Shown: in pieces, positions 28,177 through 37,745 of the stretch
How the letters are laid out: each line of letters begins with the position of its first letter
Numbering within the stretch: the first letter of the stretch is position 1
IMG/VR virus record: IMGVR_UViG_3300012020_000005
Location: 1 to 64,000 of that record
DNA from: a virus
Lineage: Duplodnaviria; Caudoviricetes
Direction: 5' to 3' (one strand)
DNA: 64,000 nucleotides
Translations under genes and position numbers: made by a program
The notes under the pieces: generated by a model
What the model was told of the DNA's origin: nothing
The model's input: only the letters and a program-made list of their open reading frames with translations
The model's database searches: none

Positions 28177-28571
28177 TTTTAGATTTAGAAAAATTGTGGC
28201 AAATTTTAAATATATTGTCTAACAAACAGGATGAACTTTGTGAGCAAGATATTTATGTTTCTCTATTAGGTAATAACTCAATGTATAGCAGTCCTAGTTT
28301 TGAAAGTTTTTTAGAATATTACAGTTTTAAAATTGATAAAGAAAATATTGTTGTTTTTAATCAAGATGATATACCTTACGAAAACTATAATAATAATGAT
28401 TTTAGTTATGTTCCTTCTGTTTTACTTTCTTTTGGCGAAAAAGAATTAGAACAGTGGATTGATACTGAGATTCAGGTGCAATTAAATCAACAAGACCTTG
28501 AAAAATCGGCGGAAAAAGAAAGAATAGAACAAGAGATAAAACAGTTACAAAAACGGTTAAGTAAATTATGA
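28173..28571 (+). CDS. hypothetical protein
   Basis: ATGA overlap. Confidence 0.6.
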   Translation: MILDLEKLWQILNILSNKQDELCEQDIYVSLLGNNSMYSSPSFESFLEYYSFKIDKENIVVFNQDDIPYENYNNNDFSYVPSVLLSFGEKELEQWIDTEIQVQLNQQDLEKSAEKERIEQEIKQLQKRLSKL

Positions 28572-28831
28572 AAGTATACAAGATAGAAGAATTAGGAGAA
28601 GTAACTCATTTTGCTTTTGATGGAAATAAAAAGGACGCTTTAAATTGGTATATTGAAGAAACCATGTGTGATGAAAATGAAATTACTTCTATATCTTTAT
28701 TACCACGAAAAAATTGGAGAGATATTACAATAAAATTTAATGAAGATGAAGAATCTCTTGTTGTATCTTTAGAAGAATATATGAAAGGTCATATTAATAA
28801 TGAAGTGATATGTAGTACTGCATATTTATAG
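28568..28831 (+). CDS. hypothetical protein
   Basis: ATGA overlap. Confidence 0.6.
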   Translation: MKVYKIEELGEVTHFAFDGNKKDALNWYIEETMCDENEITSISLLPRKNWRDITIKFNEDEESLVVSLEEYMKGHINNEVICSTAYL

Positions 28832-28991
28832 CTTAAAAATCGTGCAAAAAAGATGAAAGACAAAGAATTAATTAAACACCTATACCACTTCATAATGGAA
28901 TTAGCTATGAAAGTAGACAGAAAAGATTTTGATAAACTTAGAGTAGAGTGGGAAACATTAAACAAAGAAATAGAAACTAAACTTAAAATAA

Positions 28992-30578
28992 ATGGGTAAA
29001 AAAAAGTATACACAAGAACAGATTGACTTTGTAACTAATTTGATTAAATTAAACGACTATAAAGTTACTCCTGCCACAATACTAATGTGTGAAAAGTTTA
29101 AGATAGACTACAATGAAAATGTAGGGAGAAGATTTAGAAAAATTATGCAAAAAATTGGAGTTACAAATAATGTAGTCACAATAGAAGATACTGATGTTTT
29201 TAAAGAAGCTCAAAATAAACAACACGATAACACTAAAAAAAGATACCTTATTAGTTGGGGACAATCAGATACAGCAATACATAAAAGGTTTCTTAAAAAT
29301 ATGGAAAACTATGCTGAATATATAGATGCTGACATATTAATAATCGCAGGTAGGTATTCCAATCCATCATCTTTATCTGCAAGTAAAGCTATAAAATCAA
29401 AAGAAAAAACTGTAAAAAATACATGGGATAACTCTATATTACCATATCTTGATGCAAATCGTCATAATTTACATGAACATTTAGTAGTCTTATCGGACGT
29501 CAAAATCCAACCTACAGCTTCTACACCACTTTCTTCATTAAATGGTCTTACAGGACTTGAAAGTTGTATTATAGGGCATCCTAGACAACATTTAAAGTTT
29601 CTACCTGTTTTAGATGGTTATCCAAGTAAAGTTTTATTAACTACAGGAGCATGTACAATTGAAAACTACACTGATACAAAAATTGGAAAATCGAGCGAAT
29701 TTAATCATGTTTTGGGATGTGTTATAGTTGAGTTAGATGGAGATATTTTTCATATTCGTCAAATTTGCGCTGATAAAAAAGGAGATTTTTATGACTTAAA
29801 TTACAAAGTCGAGCACGGTAATATCTATACTAATGACAAAATTGAAGTTGCTGTTCTTGGTGATATTCATTTAACGAGCGAAGACAAGGAAAGTGTAGAT
29901 GTTTCTTTTAGTATTTTAGAAAAATTTAAACCAAATCATGTTATTTTACACGATATTGCAGATATGTCGAGTATTAGCCACCATGAAAAACGTAATCCAT
30001 TTCAGCTTTTAATAAGAGAAGAAGATGGTTCTAATTCTTTAGAAAAAGAGTTAGATTATATCAGGAATTGGTTTAAAAATAGACCTGTATATAATTATGT
30101 TATTCCAAGTGCCAACCATAACAACTTCATTGACAGGTGGTTACAAAATGAAGATTGGCGAAAAGATGGGAATAAAAAACTTTATTTAGAGTTTGCTAAT
30201 ATAACCGCTAAAGGATTAGCTCCAAAAGGTATTATTGCCTATATTTTAGAGTCAGAGTTTGATTATATTAAATGCTTAGGTGTAGATGAATCTTATAATG
30301 TTTTGGGGTGGGAGTTGAGCCTTCATGGAGACAGAGGCGCATCAGGAAGTCGTGGTTCAGCAGTTCAATTTAAAAATCTTAATGTTAAGAATGTTACAGG
30401 ACACACTCATAGTGGTTTAAAACTAGATGGTCATTTATGTGTTGGTACATTAACTAAACTCAGAATGGGATATAATCTTGGAATGTCCTCATGGTCGGTT
30501 TCAAATGTAGTTATTTATCCTAATGGAAAAGCTCAACATATTCATATAACGAGAGGTAAGTATACTACTTTCTTTTAA
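28992..30578 (+). CDS. calcineurin-like metallophosphoesterase with N-terminal extension
   Basis: LGDIH, LHDIAD, SANHN, LHGD, TGHTH metal-binding motifs. Confidence 0.8.
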   Translation: MGKKKYTQEQIDFVTNLIKLNDYKVTPATILMCEKFKIDYNENVGRRFRKIMQKIGVTNNVVTIEDTDVFKEAQNKQHDNTKKRYLISWGQSDTAIHKRFLKNMENYAEYIDADILIIAGRYSNPSSLSASKAIKSKEKTVKNTWDNSILPYLDANRHNLHEHLVVLSDVKIQPTASTPLSSLNGLTGLESCIIGHPRQHLKFLPVLDGYPSKVLLTTGACTIENYTDTKIGKSSEFNHVLGCVIVELDGDIFHIRQICADKKGDFYDLNYKVEHGNIYTNDKIEVAVLGDIHLTSEDKESVDVSFSILEKFKPNHVILHDIADMSSISHHEKRNPFQLLIREEDGSNSLEKELDYIRNWFKNRPVYNYVIPSANHNNFIDRWLQNEDWRKDGNKKLYLEFANITAKGLAPKGIIAYILESEFDYIKCLGVDESYNVLGWELSLHGDRGASGSRGSAVQFKNLNVKNVTGHTHSGLKLDGHLCVGTLTKLRMGYNLGMSSWSVSNVVIYPNGKAQHIHITRGKYTTFF

Positions 30579-30602
30579 CCATCTTCTTATATTACATCCT
30601 TT

Positions 30603-30638
30603 AACCCTTCAATCTTATAGTTGAGGGGTTTATTTTTT
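30603..30638 (+). terminator. intrinsic terminator
   Basis: AACCCTTCAA-TCTTATAG-TTGAGGGGTT hairpin followed by a T-run. Confidence 0.75.
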
Positions 30639-30687
30639 CTGTTTTTATTCTTTTTTTCGCGAAATTTTAAAATAATTTAACTTTATC

Positions 30688-30718
30688 TTGTGCAATTAAA
30701 AATTAATGCTTACATTTG
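30688..30718 (+). promoter_or_regulatory. Bacteroidota-type promoter
   Basis: TTGTG at 30688 and TACATTTG at 30711. Confidence 0.65.
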
Positions 30719-30737
30719 TAAAATAAAATTTATAATT

Positions 30738-30995
30738 ATGACATTAAAAGAGAAGTTTTTACCTAAAATGTATTGTTTTATGGGCAGTGGTATGTTAACT
30801 AATACATACGATAAAGATGTGGCTGAGAGTAATGCGGAAGAATGTGTACAAATAACAGATGATTTTGCTATTGGGTTTAAAGATTGATGTGATGAATTAA
30901 ATGAAACCATTTATGAAGATGGAATTGGAGATAAAACCAAACAAAAAACTACATCCGAACTACTACAAATCTATAAAAAAGAAAAAGGACTATGA
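30738..30995 (+). pseudogene. small gene with an internal TGA (30885-30887)
   Basis: Frame continues 35 codons past the TGA to an ATGA overlap with the next gene. Confidence 0.55.
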
Positions 30996-31249
30996 AATAC
31001 AATCTAAAAAAGATGTTACAGAAATGTGTAGCACAAAAAGTTGATTATGTTTTACTACACTATGGATTTATAGAAAATTGTAAGCTAACAAAAACTGAAA
31101 GAGAGGCTTTACAGAAATTACTAGAGGAGATGAAAAGTAGTAATTTAGTTATAGTTTTTGATAGTATTGCTTTTACTCCTTATATAACCCCTTATAATGG
31201 AGGTTATGTTACAGCAGGAATAAAATTTAACACGGTAGAAAATTGGTAA
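30992..31249 (+). CDS. hypothetical protein
   Basis: Co-oriented ORF. Confidence 0.55.
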   Translation: MKYNLKKMLQKCVAQKVDYVLLHYGFIENCKLTKTEREALQKLLEEMKSSNLVIVFDSIAFTPYITPYNGGYVTAGIKFNTVENW

Positions 31250-31384
31250 TTATGGAAATAACATGGACATATAATTGGTTAGAAACAGTAGGTTTTCTGT
31301 TTTTAATTGTTTTTGGCGGAATTTATTATTTGCATCACTTTTGTGAGGTTTAACCTGACAACTTAACTATGAAATATAAATATT

Positions 31385-31783
31385 ATGATTGATTTTGAAA
31401 AATTTAAAAACTATTTAGACTCAGAAGAGGGTCAAAAAGCTATGGATAGAATGGCTGAAAAATGGGCAAAAGAAGATGAATTTAATAAAAGATGGAAGAA
31501 CAGAGTTAAGAGCTTTCTAAAAGATAAAACAGATGAAGAATTATCTGTTTTATTTGAAGATTTTCATAAACACGCTGAAAAAAGAAGAGACATTCTTTGG
31601 AAACAAAGGTATGATGGAGAAACTTCTTTATATAATCCTCTATTTGGAGCTATGAAAAAGTTGGGTAAAAAATCTAAAAATAAAAGATATAATATGTTCA
31701 CAACAGCTATGTATAATTGGAAAGGTTATCAAATAGAGTCTTATTGCGGACAAGGTTGTTTTCACTCACTAAGTAAAATGTAA
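31385..31783 (+). CDS. hypothetical protein
   Basis: 132-aa ORF. Confidence 0.65.
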   Translation: MIDFEKFKNYLDSEEGQKAMDRMAEKWAKEDEFNKRWKNRVKSFLKDKTDEELSVLFEDFHKHAEKRRDILWKQRYDGETSLYNPLFGAMKKLGKKSKNKRYNMFTTAMYNWKGYQIESYCGQGCFHSLSKM

Positions 31784-31785
31784 TA

Positions 31786-32178
31786 ATGGAATGGATTAAA
31801 GACCCCCTATACACAAACACATATTATACAACTGAGAAATTTAATGGCTATCAATACAATGTCTTAGTAATAACAGAAGAATCCCCTAAAACTATTAAAT
31901 ATTGGATTCATGCTTCTTCAGGTAAAAAACGTAGAGAGTTTGAGATATTTGAAGATAAAGAAAATAAGTCTTTAGGAGGCATCCGTTCAATATTTTGGAT
32001 TAAGGAAGCTATGTATGATTTTCCAAATTATTTTAAAAATAAAGTCAGGGATAGACAACAATATATCTGTATAGGGTGGTCTAATAATAGAAGAAGAAAT
32101 ATTTATTCAAGATTGATAAAAGAAGGTTTTGAATTTAGGTCTGAACAAGGAAGAAAAATTTTAATTAAAAAATTATGA
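31786..32178 (+). CDS. hypothetical protein
   Basis: 130-aa ORF. Confidence 0.6.
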   Translation: MEWIKDPLYTNTYYTTEKFNGYQYNVLVITEESPKTIKYWIHASSGKKRREFEIFEDKENKSLGGIRSIFWIKEAMYDFPNYFKNKVRDRQQYICIGWSNNRRRNIYSRLIKEGFEFRSEQGRKILIKKL

Positions 32179-32573
32179 GAAACACATTAGGAATATATAA
32201 TCTCTTCGGAGAGAATAATAAATCAAAAATGCTATTTTACAATTGGTGTAAAGACAGTGATGAATTCTGTGAGTATGATGTAGAAATGTTAGAAAATGAT
32301 TTATTTATTCCATCTATAAATACAAGTAACCAATACTTCCATTTTCATAGAGGAAATATCTTAGACTTTTTAGAAAGTAAAGGATATTATATAGGACTTC
32401 CTTTAAGAGGAGAATATAAATATGTCACTTGTTGTTATTTTAAAGACCCTTCTGATATTAAAACTAAGTCTGTTAGAAGACCTTTCTATAATAATTCAGG
32501 AATAGTTGGTAGAACAAGAGCCTTGGAAATTGGGGTTATAAAATGCATTGAACACTTAGAAAAAACATTATGA
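32175..32573 (+). CDS. hypothetical protein
   Basis: ATGA overlap. Confidence 0.6.
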   Translation: MRNTLGIYNLFGENNKSKMLFYNWCKDSDEFCEYDVEMLENDLFIPSINTSNQYFHFHRGNILDFLESKGYYIGLPLRGEYKYVTCCYFKDPSDIKTKSVRRPFYNNSGIVGRTRALEIGVIKCIEHLEKTL

Positions 32574-32622
32574 AAATAGCTATAAAGGTGCTTTAGAATT
32601 AAACAAATAACTTGGAAATAAT

Positions 32623-32808
32623 ATGAATGAATACGATGTAAAAAGACTGGCTTTAGTACTCGCTATACAAGCTGAAATTGAGGGAGGAAAAGCTGAAAAT
32701 ACTTACTATAGTAACCTTGGTTGGGAAATACCATATAGAGAAGAACACTTTTTTGCAAAAGCGGGAGAATTAAGAGAGTTAGCGAATAAACATAATGAAC
32801 AGCTATGA
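32623..32808 (+). CDS. hypothetical protein
   Basis: Co-oriented ORF. Confidence 0.55.
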   Translation: MNEYDVKRLALVLAIQAEIEGGKAENTYYSNLGWEIPYREEHFFAKAGELRELANKHNEQL

Positions 32809-33056
32809 AAGGCATAAAATTTAAAATGAAAGATGGCAGTTGGGATTATTATGACCCACTAAACCAAAGTGATTTCTCAGAAACAGATACACATTATGTT
32901 TTAGACATGATTTATTTATACGATATACCTAAAAGTGAAGTTGAGTATTTTGAGTGGTATGATTTATGTGAAGAGTGTGGACATGAACTCTTTGATGATG
33001 GATGTAGGAGATGTATTTCAGAAAGAGAGTTACAACAATTAAAAAACGAAGGATGA
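32805..33056 (+). CDS. hypothetical protein with C-terminal CxxC...CxxC
   Basis: CEECG...GCRRC. Confidence 0.55.
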   Translation: MKGIKFKMKDGSWDYYDPLNQSDFSETDTHYVLDMIYLYDIPKSEVEYFEWYDLCEECGHELFDDGCRRCISERELQQLKNEG

Positions 33057-33289
33057 AAACTAAATTAGATTTTTATAAAATGTTTGGTATTATTCCAGGA
33101 ATGCACTACCATGCTTTAGATTACTCTATTCAGGTTTGTGAAAAATCTTTTAATTTATATGAAGAGGCAAAAACGGATAAGGAAAGAGAGTTAAATTTAA
33201 TTATTGCAGAAACAGTGGCTAAACACACTTTTCCACCAATACCAATAGAAAATCAACCTTTCTATGGAATTTACAGAAATGAAAAATGA
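33053..33289 (+). CDS. hypothetical protein
   Basis: ATG 33053 (ATGA overlap) preferred over the track start at 33011. Confidence 0.55.
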   Translation: MKTKLDFYKMFGIIPGMHYHALDYSIQVCEKSFNLYEEAKTDKERELNLIIAETVAKHTFPPIPIENQPFYGIYRNEK

Positions 33290-33552
33290 AACAGTTAACT
33301 GAAGAAGAATACAAAATTTTAGCTGAAAGATTTAATAAAATGACGTTTCTGCAAAAATTAATAACTATAAAGAACAATGAAAATTTAATGTTTATAGAGA
33401 CAGATGGATACAATGTTAGACTTAGATTTGTTGACCAAGAGGTTATGAAACGTGAAAATGATTTATTATTTTCTTTTCCCGAATTTTTTGATTATAGCCA
33501 TTTAAAAGATATTTTTAGTTTATCCGATATTAAAATTAAAAAACTTTTATGA
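33286..33552 (+). CDS. hypothetical protein
   Basis: ATGA overlap. Confidence 0.6.
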   Translation: MKQLTEEEYKILAERFNKMTFLQKLITIKNNENLMFIETDGYNVRLRFVDQEVMKRENDLLFSFPEFFDYSHLKDIFSLSDIKIKKLL

Positions 33553-34283
33553 AAAATATATTCAAAGACCGTACAGGTGAAATACACATTACTAACGAAG
33601 GTTACGAAGTTGAGATTATTGAGTATTATGGTAATAATAGTTGTACTATAAAATTTAAAAATGGAGTGGTTATTAAAGATAAATCGTATCATAGTGTAAG
33701 AAAAGGAAGAATTAAAAACCCATACCATCCTTCTGTCTATGGTGTTGGTTATTTTGGTCAAGGGAAATATAAAGCAGTAATTGCCTATAAAAGTACTAAA
33801 TATTATATAACTTGGATAGATATGATAAAAAGATGTTATTCAGAAAAAAGTCAACAAAATAACCCAACATATAAAGATTGTACAGTAGATGAAAGATGGC
33901 ACAACTTTCAAGTCTTTGCTGAATGGTTTGAAAACAATTTCAATCCTGAATATATGGACAGATGGTGTTTAGACAAAGATATTCTACAAAAAGGTAATAA
34001 AGTTTATTCTCCTGAAACTTGTGTTTTTATACCACATATAATTAATAATGTGATTAAAGAGGGGGGTAATAAAGGAGTTTATAAATCAACAAGGAGTTCT
34101 TACAAGTGTCAATTAACAATAAAAGGCAAAACACGTTTTTTAGGGTCTTATAAAAATAAAAAAGAAGCTTATGAAGTGTATAAAGAAGCTAAGAAAAAGT
34201 ATATTAAACAAATTGCTGATGAATGGAGGGATAAAATAGGTAAGAATATTTATGAAGTACTTTATAAATGGGAAATAAAATAA
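33549..34283 (+). CDS. putative HNH-type homing endonuclease with AP2-like C-terminus
   Basis: WIDMIKRCY...VDERWHNFQVF...LDKDIL..GNKVYSPETC; TRFLGSYKNKKEA. Confidence 0.75.
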   Translation: MKNIFKDRTGEIHITNEGYEVEIIEYYGNNSCTIKFKNGVVIKDKSYHSVRKGRIKNPYHPSVYGVGYFGQGKYKAVIAYKSTKYYITWIDMIKRCYSEKSQQNNPTYKDCTVDERWHNFQVFAEWFENNFNPEYMDRWCLDKDILQKGNKVYSPETCVFIPHIINNVIKEGGNKGVYKSTRSSYKCQLTIKGKTRFLGSYKNKKEAYEVYKEAKKKYIKQIADEWRDKIGKNIYEVLYKWEIK

Positions 34284-34330
34284 ATTACTATGACATACAA
34301 AAAATTTAAACACAATTTCTTTCTCATATT

Positions 34331-34645
34331 TTATTGTGGAATTTCCATCCATTGAATTATGTGCCAACCATTACCTTCATCTACAACACCTCCACCATCT
34401 TCATATAACCAAATTCCATTTTCAAAATAACCTAAAGTGGTGCATGTTATATTTTCTTTAGGTCTCCTATAATCAAATGTTTTTATAATGACAGACCTTT
34501 CGTCTTCAGGAGTTTGTTCATTTACATTTATCCATTTAGGAGCTCCTGCTTCAAATCCCGCTATAAAACATTGTTCTACAAGACCATCTTCAGACCTATC
34601 TATTAAATCTGAATATTCTTTTGCTAACCTCTCTTTACTTTTCAT
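34331..34645 (-). CDS. DUF551-like hypothetical protein
   Basis: KWINVNEQTP...IIQWMEIP. Confidence 0.5.
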   Translation of the reverse strand: MKSKERLAKEYSDLIDRSEDGLVEQCFIAGFEAGAPKWINVNEQTPEDERSVIIKTFDYRRPKENITCTTLGYFENGIWLYEDGGGVVDEGNGWHIIQWMEIPQ

Positions 34646-34961
34646 TTATCTCTATTTTAGGTTCTTTATCTTCTAAATGTGTTATTGTGTAACTTTCTCC
34701 TACTTTAATTTTATTTAAGATGTATACACCTGTTTCTATGTTTTTTATTTCAGGTTGTATTTTGTCTGTTATTGTTTTATAATCTTCTTTCCCAGCCCAC
34801 CAAAAACGAATAAATTGACGGGAAGACTCAAAATGACACCAATCATTACCATTGAATAATTCATTTTCTGTCTCTTGTAATTTTCCTAATCCATCCCAAT
34901 CTACTAAGGTTTTGTAATATCCTTTTCTTAGGGGTTTTGATATGCTGTTATTTATCCACAT
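34635..34961 (-). CDS. hypothetical protein
   Basis: Member of the overlapping minus-strand operon. Confidence 0.6.
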   Translation of the reverse strand: MWINNSISKPLRKGYYKTLVDWDGLGKLQETENELFNGNDWCHFESSRQFIRFWWAGKEDYKTITDKIQPEIKNIETGVYILNKIKVGESYTITHLEDKEPKIEINEK

Positions 34962-35205
34962 TTTCTATAAATTTTATGTTACTTGGTAAAACACTTTCTA
35001 TTGTTCCATCAGATAATTCTACTAAAGCTACTGTAAAGTTTCCCGCTCCTGTTTCAAATTCTTCATAAGAGCAACCCCATATATGAAATAACCCTTCATG
35101 TATAAAATCTTTTTCCCAACAATTAGTTCCCTCTTTTACTCTTTTGAAAGCTCCCTCACTAATATATTCTGCTATAATCCATTTTTTAAATAATACTTTT
35201 CTCAT
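34948..35205 (-). CDS. hypothetical protein
   Basis: Member of the overlapping minus-strand operon. Confidence 0.6.
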   Translation of the reverse strand: MRKVLFKKWIIAEYISEGAFKRVKEGTNCWEKDFIHEGLFHIWGCSYEEFETGAGNFTVALVELSDGTIESVLPSNIKFIENVDK

Positions 35206-35540
35206 TTCTTTTTACTTTTATACCTAAATTTTGCTTTACATTCTTCATTAATACACTGTACTACTTTTGAGCCTTTTCTTGTTTGTTTTAAGTTTGATTG
35301 GCATTTTGAGCAGTTATCTGTTTTTAGCCTTTCTTGTATCTGTTTATCTATGTTTTCATTCTTTTTTCGGCGAACTTCAGCTTTATATTGCTTTTCTTCC
35401 TCTGTTGGTGGTATAAGAATTTTAGCTAATCTCTTATACTCTTTACTTATCCAAGGGTCTTCATAATGATTACCTAAAGATATTTCATCTCCTAATTTTA
35501 TAAATAAATCCCATTCACGTTGATTGTCTCTCATAACCAT
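35202..35540 (-). CDS. hypothetical protein with C-terminal Zn ribbon
   Basis: CSKCQ...CINEEC. Confidence 0.6.
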   Translation of the reverse strand: MVMRDNQREWDLFIKLGDEISLGNHYEDPWISKEYKRLAKILIPPTEEEKQYKAEVRRKKNENIDKQIQERLKTDNCSKCQSNLKQTRKGSKVVQCINEECKAKFRYKSKKK

Positions 35541-35902
35541 TCTAAATTTATAGGTTCATAAAATTTATTATCTCTATCAACTTCTTTTTCAAAACTTTTC
35601 TTTCCATACCAATAAGCATAAACTTTTTTCTGTTCTTTTTCTAGTTTTTTATACGCGGAATTTGCTTCTTTTTGAGTTTTAAAAATTAATGTTTCTTCTC
35701 CTCCATACCAACAGATTCCAATAGGATTGAAACCAGCTTCTCTTACTGTTCGTAATGTTATGGAGGTTGAAGTTCCATATTTATATCCATTATCTTCTAA
35801 CCACTCATTATAAGCTATATTTTCTTGTAACTCCTTATTCCATTTTTCTTTTTGTTCAGGAGTTATTCTATCTAATATTTCCTGTATTATTTTACTCTTC
35901 AT
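35531..35902 (-). CDS. hypothetical protein
   Basis: Member of the overlapping minus-strand operon. Confidence 0.6.
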   Translation of the reverse strand: MKSKIIQEILDRITPEQKEKWNKELQENIAYNEWLEDNGYKYGTSTSITLRTVREAGFNPIGICWYGGEETLIFKTQKEANSAYKKLEKEQKKVYAYWYGKKSFEKEVDRDNKFYEPINLEWL

Positions 35903-36099
35903 TAGTGTAAATATTTTATTATAATATCTGAGTTATCTATTAGATTTGAATTATATAAATCATAGGCAGATACACCTACATTGTCTTTGCAGTTCATGTA
36001 CCATAAATCATTTTCTAAATAGAAATCACATTCTTTGTATCTATCATAAGCTATTAGATTTTTCTTGGCTTTATTTGATTGTTTTTTGGTGTGTTTCAT
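35902..36099 (-). CDS. hypothetical protein
   Basis: Member of the overlapping minus-strand operon. Confidence 0.5.
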   Translation of the reverse strand: MKHTKKQSNKAKKNLIAYDRYKECDFYLENDLWYMNCKDNVGVSAYDLYNSNLIDNSDIIIKYLH

Positions 36100-36427
36100 C
36101 TCTTAAAATATAATCTGTTGGTTTTAAATCTAATACTCTTGCTAATGTTTGAAAACTGTCAGAGGCTGAATCGTAATTATGTTCTTCTAATTCGTAATCT
36201 AAATACCCTCCAAATTCATCTTTTTCTACTATTTCTGCGGAAAACTTTTCCGCATAAGGTGAATTAATACACTCATCTGCGATTCCCAAAAGATTGTAAT
36301 TATTATGTGGTAGTTTTATTCTTTTACCTTCGTCCTGGTCAAAACCTTTTATATATCCATCTGAGCAATCTCCTATTACATAGTCTATGTCGTTTTCTAC
36401 AAATATATAATTATTATGTTTTTTCAT
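36071..36427 (-). CDS. hypothetical protein
   Basis: Member of the overlapping minus-strand operon. Confidence 0.6.
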   Translation of the reverse strand: MKKHNNYIFVENDIDYVIGDCSDGYIKGFDQDEGKRIKLPHNNYNLLGIADECINSPYAEKFSAEIVEKDEFGGYLDYELEEHNYDSASDSFQTLARVLDLKPTDYILRDETHQKTIK

Positions 36428-36786
36428 ATCTTAATTATTTTTATTGGTATACCTCTCTTTTCCGCCATTTTTATAGAGCTTAAAGTGCCTTTACTCACCC
36501 CATTCCAAAATGCAATCAAATGTGTTGCATCATTTATTATTAATTGATTTCTTAAAAATCCTGCTTTCTTACCATGAGTATCCCAATCAGGTAAATGTTC
36601 TATAATATCATACTGATTTTCTAAACAGTATTTTTTAATAAGCGCATCAGCCCCTGACTTACAACCACCGCTTATATAATCAATCTCTTCACCTAAATCT
36701 TTTATTAAGTACTCTAATTTTGCTCTAAAAAGGTCGTAGTCTCCAAAACCTCTACTACCTACAACTGCTACTTTGACTATAGACAT
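36424..36786 (-). CDS. DUF2493 / YspA-like SLOG family protein
   Basis: VAVVGSR, ISGGCKSGAD, PDW..HGKKAGFLRN, AFWNG.SKGT. Confidence 0.8.
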   Translation of the reverse strand: MSIVKVAVVGSRGFGDYDLFRAKLEYLIKDLGEEIDYISGGCKSGADALIKKYCLENQYDIIEHLPDWDTHGKKAGFLRNQLIINDATHLIAFWNGVSKGTLSSIKMAEKRGIPIKIIKI

Positions 36787-36998
36787 AAATATTGTTTTAT
36801 CTTATCTTCAGTGCATTTAAATATTTCTAACAGGTCTTCTCTATTGTCTTCTGTTAACATGCCTCTATTAAGCCTTATCGCTAATTGTCTTCTTTGTAAA
36901 AAATGATTATATATAGGACTGTCCTCTGAAACAGGTATTTTACCATGAGCTATTTTTTGTAGCTTATTTAAATTTTCTATATTACTCTGTGCTTCCAT
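36777..36998 (-). CDS. hypothetical protein
   Basis: Member of the overlapping minus-strand operon. Confidence 0.55.
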   Translation of the reverse strand: MEAQSNIENLNKLQKIAHGKIPVSEDSPIYNHFLQRRQLAIRLNRGMLTEDNREDLLEIFKCTEDKIKQYLCL

Positions 36999-37247
36999 AA
37001 TTTATTGTTTTGTTTCAATATATCCGTTTATTCTCCAACCCCATTTTTTAGTCCAAGTGAAATATGGAATTTTATTTTGTATCATATACTTTTGTTATTT
37101 TAAATACTCCTATACCTTGTTTTTGTGCGTAAGTTAGCAACTCTTCTTCTGTTTTAAATTTTTCTGCCCACAAGTATCCTCTAAACTTTCTATGATAATC
37201 GTCCCAAAATCCTTGTCCATCTACTTCTTGTATTGTATAAAATGTTC

Positions 37248-37517
37248 TCATATTTTCTTAAATTCATACCCTGTTAATTGTGGTTCATATTTTGTTTCCC
37301 ATACTCTATAAGGTGGTACATCTTCTAATATAGTTTCTGTATTTTTTGTTACGTAATGTGGATTAGTTTCTACAACCAAGCCATGTTCTTTAAATAATCT
37401 TTCCGTGTATTCTTTTGGGTCTTTCATTCCCGCCACAAAAACAGAGTTACCCTTATCAAGTTGTTCAACTAGTATTTGTAAAGATGCTTGTGTTTTACCT
37501 GTTCTCATCATAATCAC
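37248..37517 (-). CDS. hypothetical protein
   Basis: Member of the minus-strand operon. Confidence 0.55.
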   Translation of the reverse strand: MIMMRTGKTQASLQILVEQLDKGNSVFVAGMKDPKEYTERLFKEHGLVVETNPHYVTKNTETILEDVPPYRVWETKYEPQLTGYEFKKI

Positions 37518-37674
37518 ATATATTCTTCATAAATAAAATCTTCAAAACACTCTTGACAAGAATAAAAATATTTTACTCCATTATATAAACTAAATTGTCT
37601 ACTCTCTGCTCTATTTGAGCTACAATAATCACATCTACACATAAATTTGTTCACCTTTTTAATTATTTATACGG

Positions 37675-37705
37675 CAAATATAAAACAAAAAAGTCAAACA
37701 CGCAA
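37675..37705 (-). promoter_or_regulatory. Bacteroidota-type promoter driving the 37.6-34.3 kb operon
   Basis: Minus strand TTGCG starting at 37705 and TATATTTG starting at 37682; 23-bp offset. Confidence 0.7.
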
Positions 37706-37745
37706 GTATTTGACTAATTATTTTTAAAATATTATTAATTTTTAT

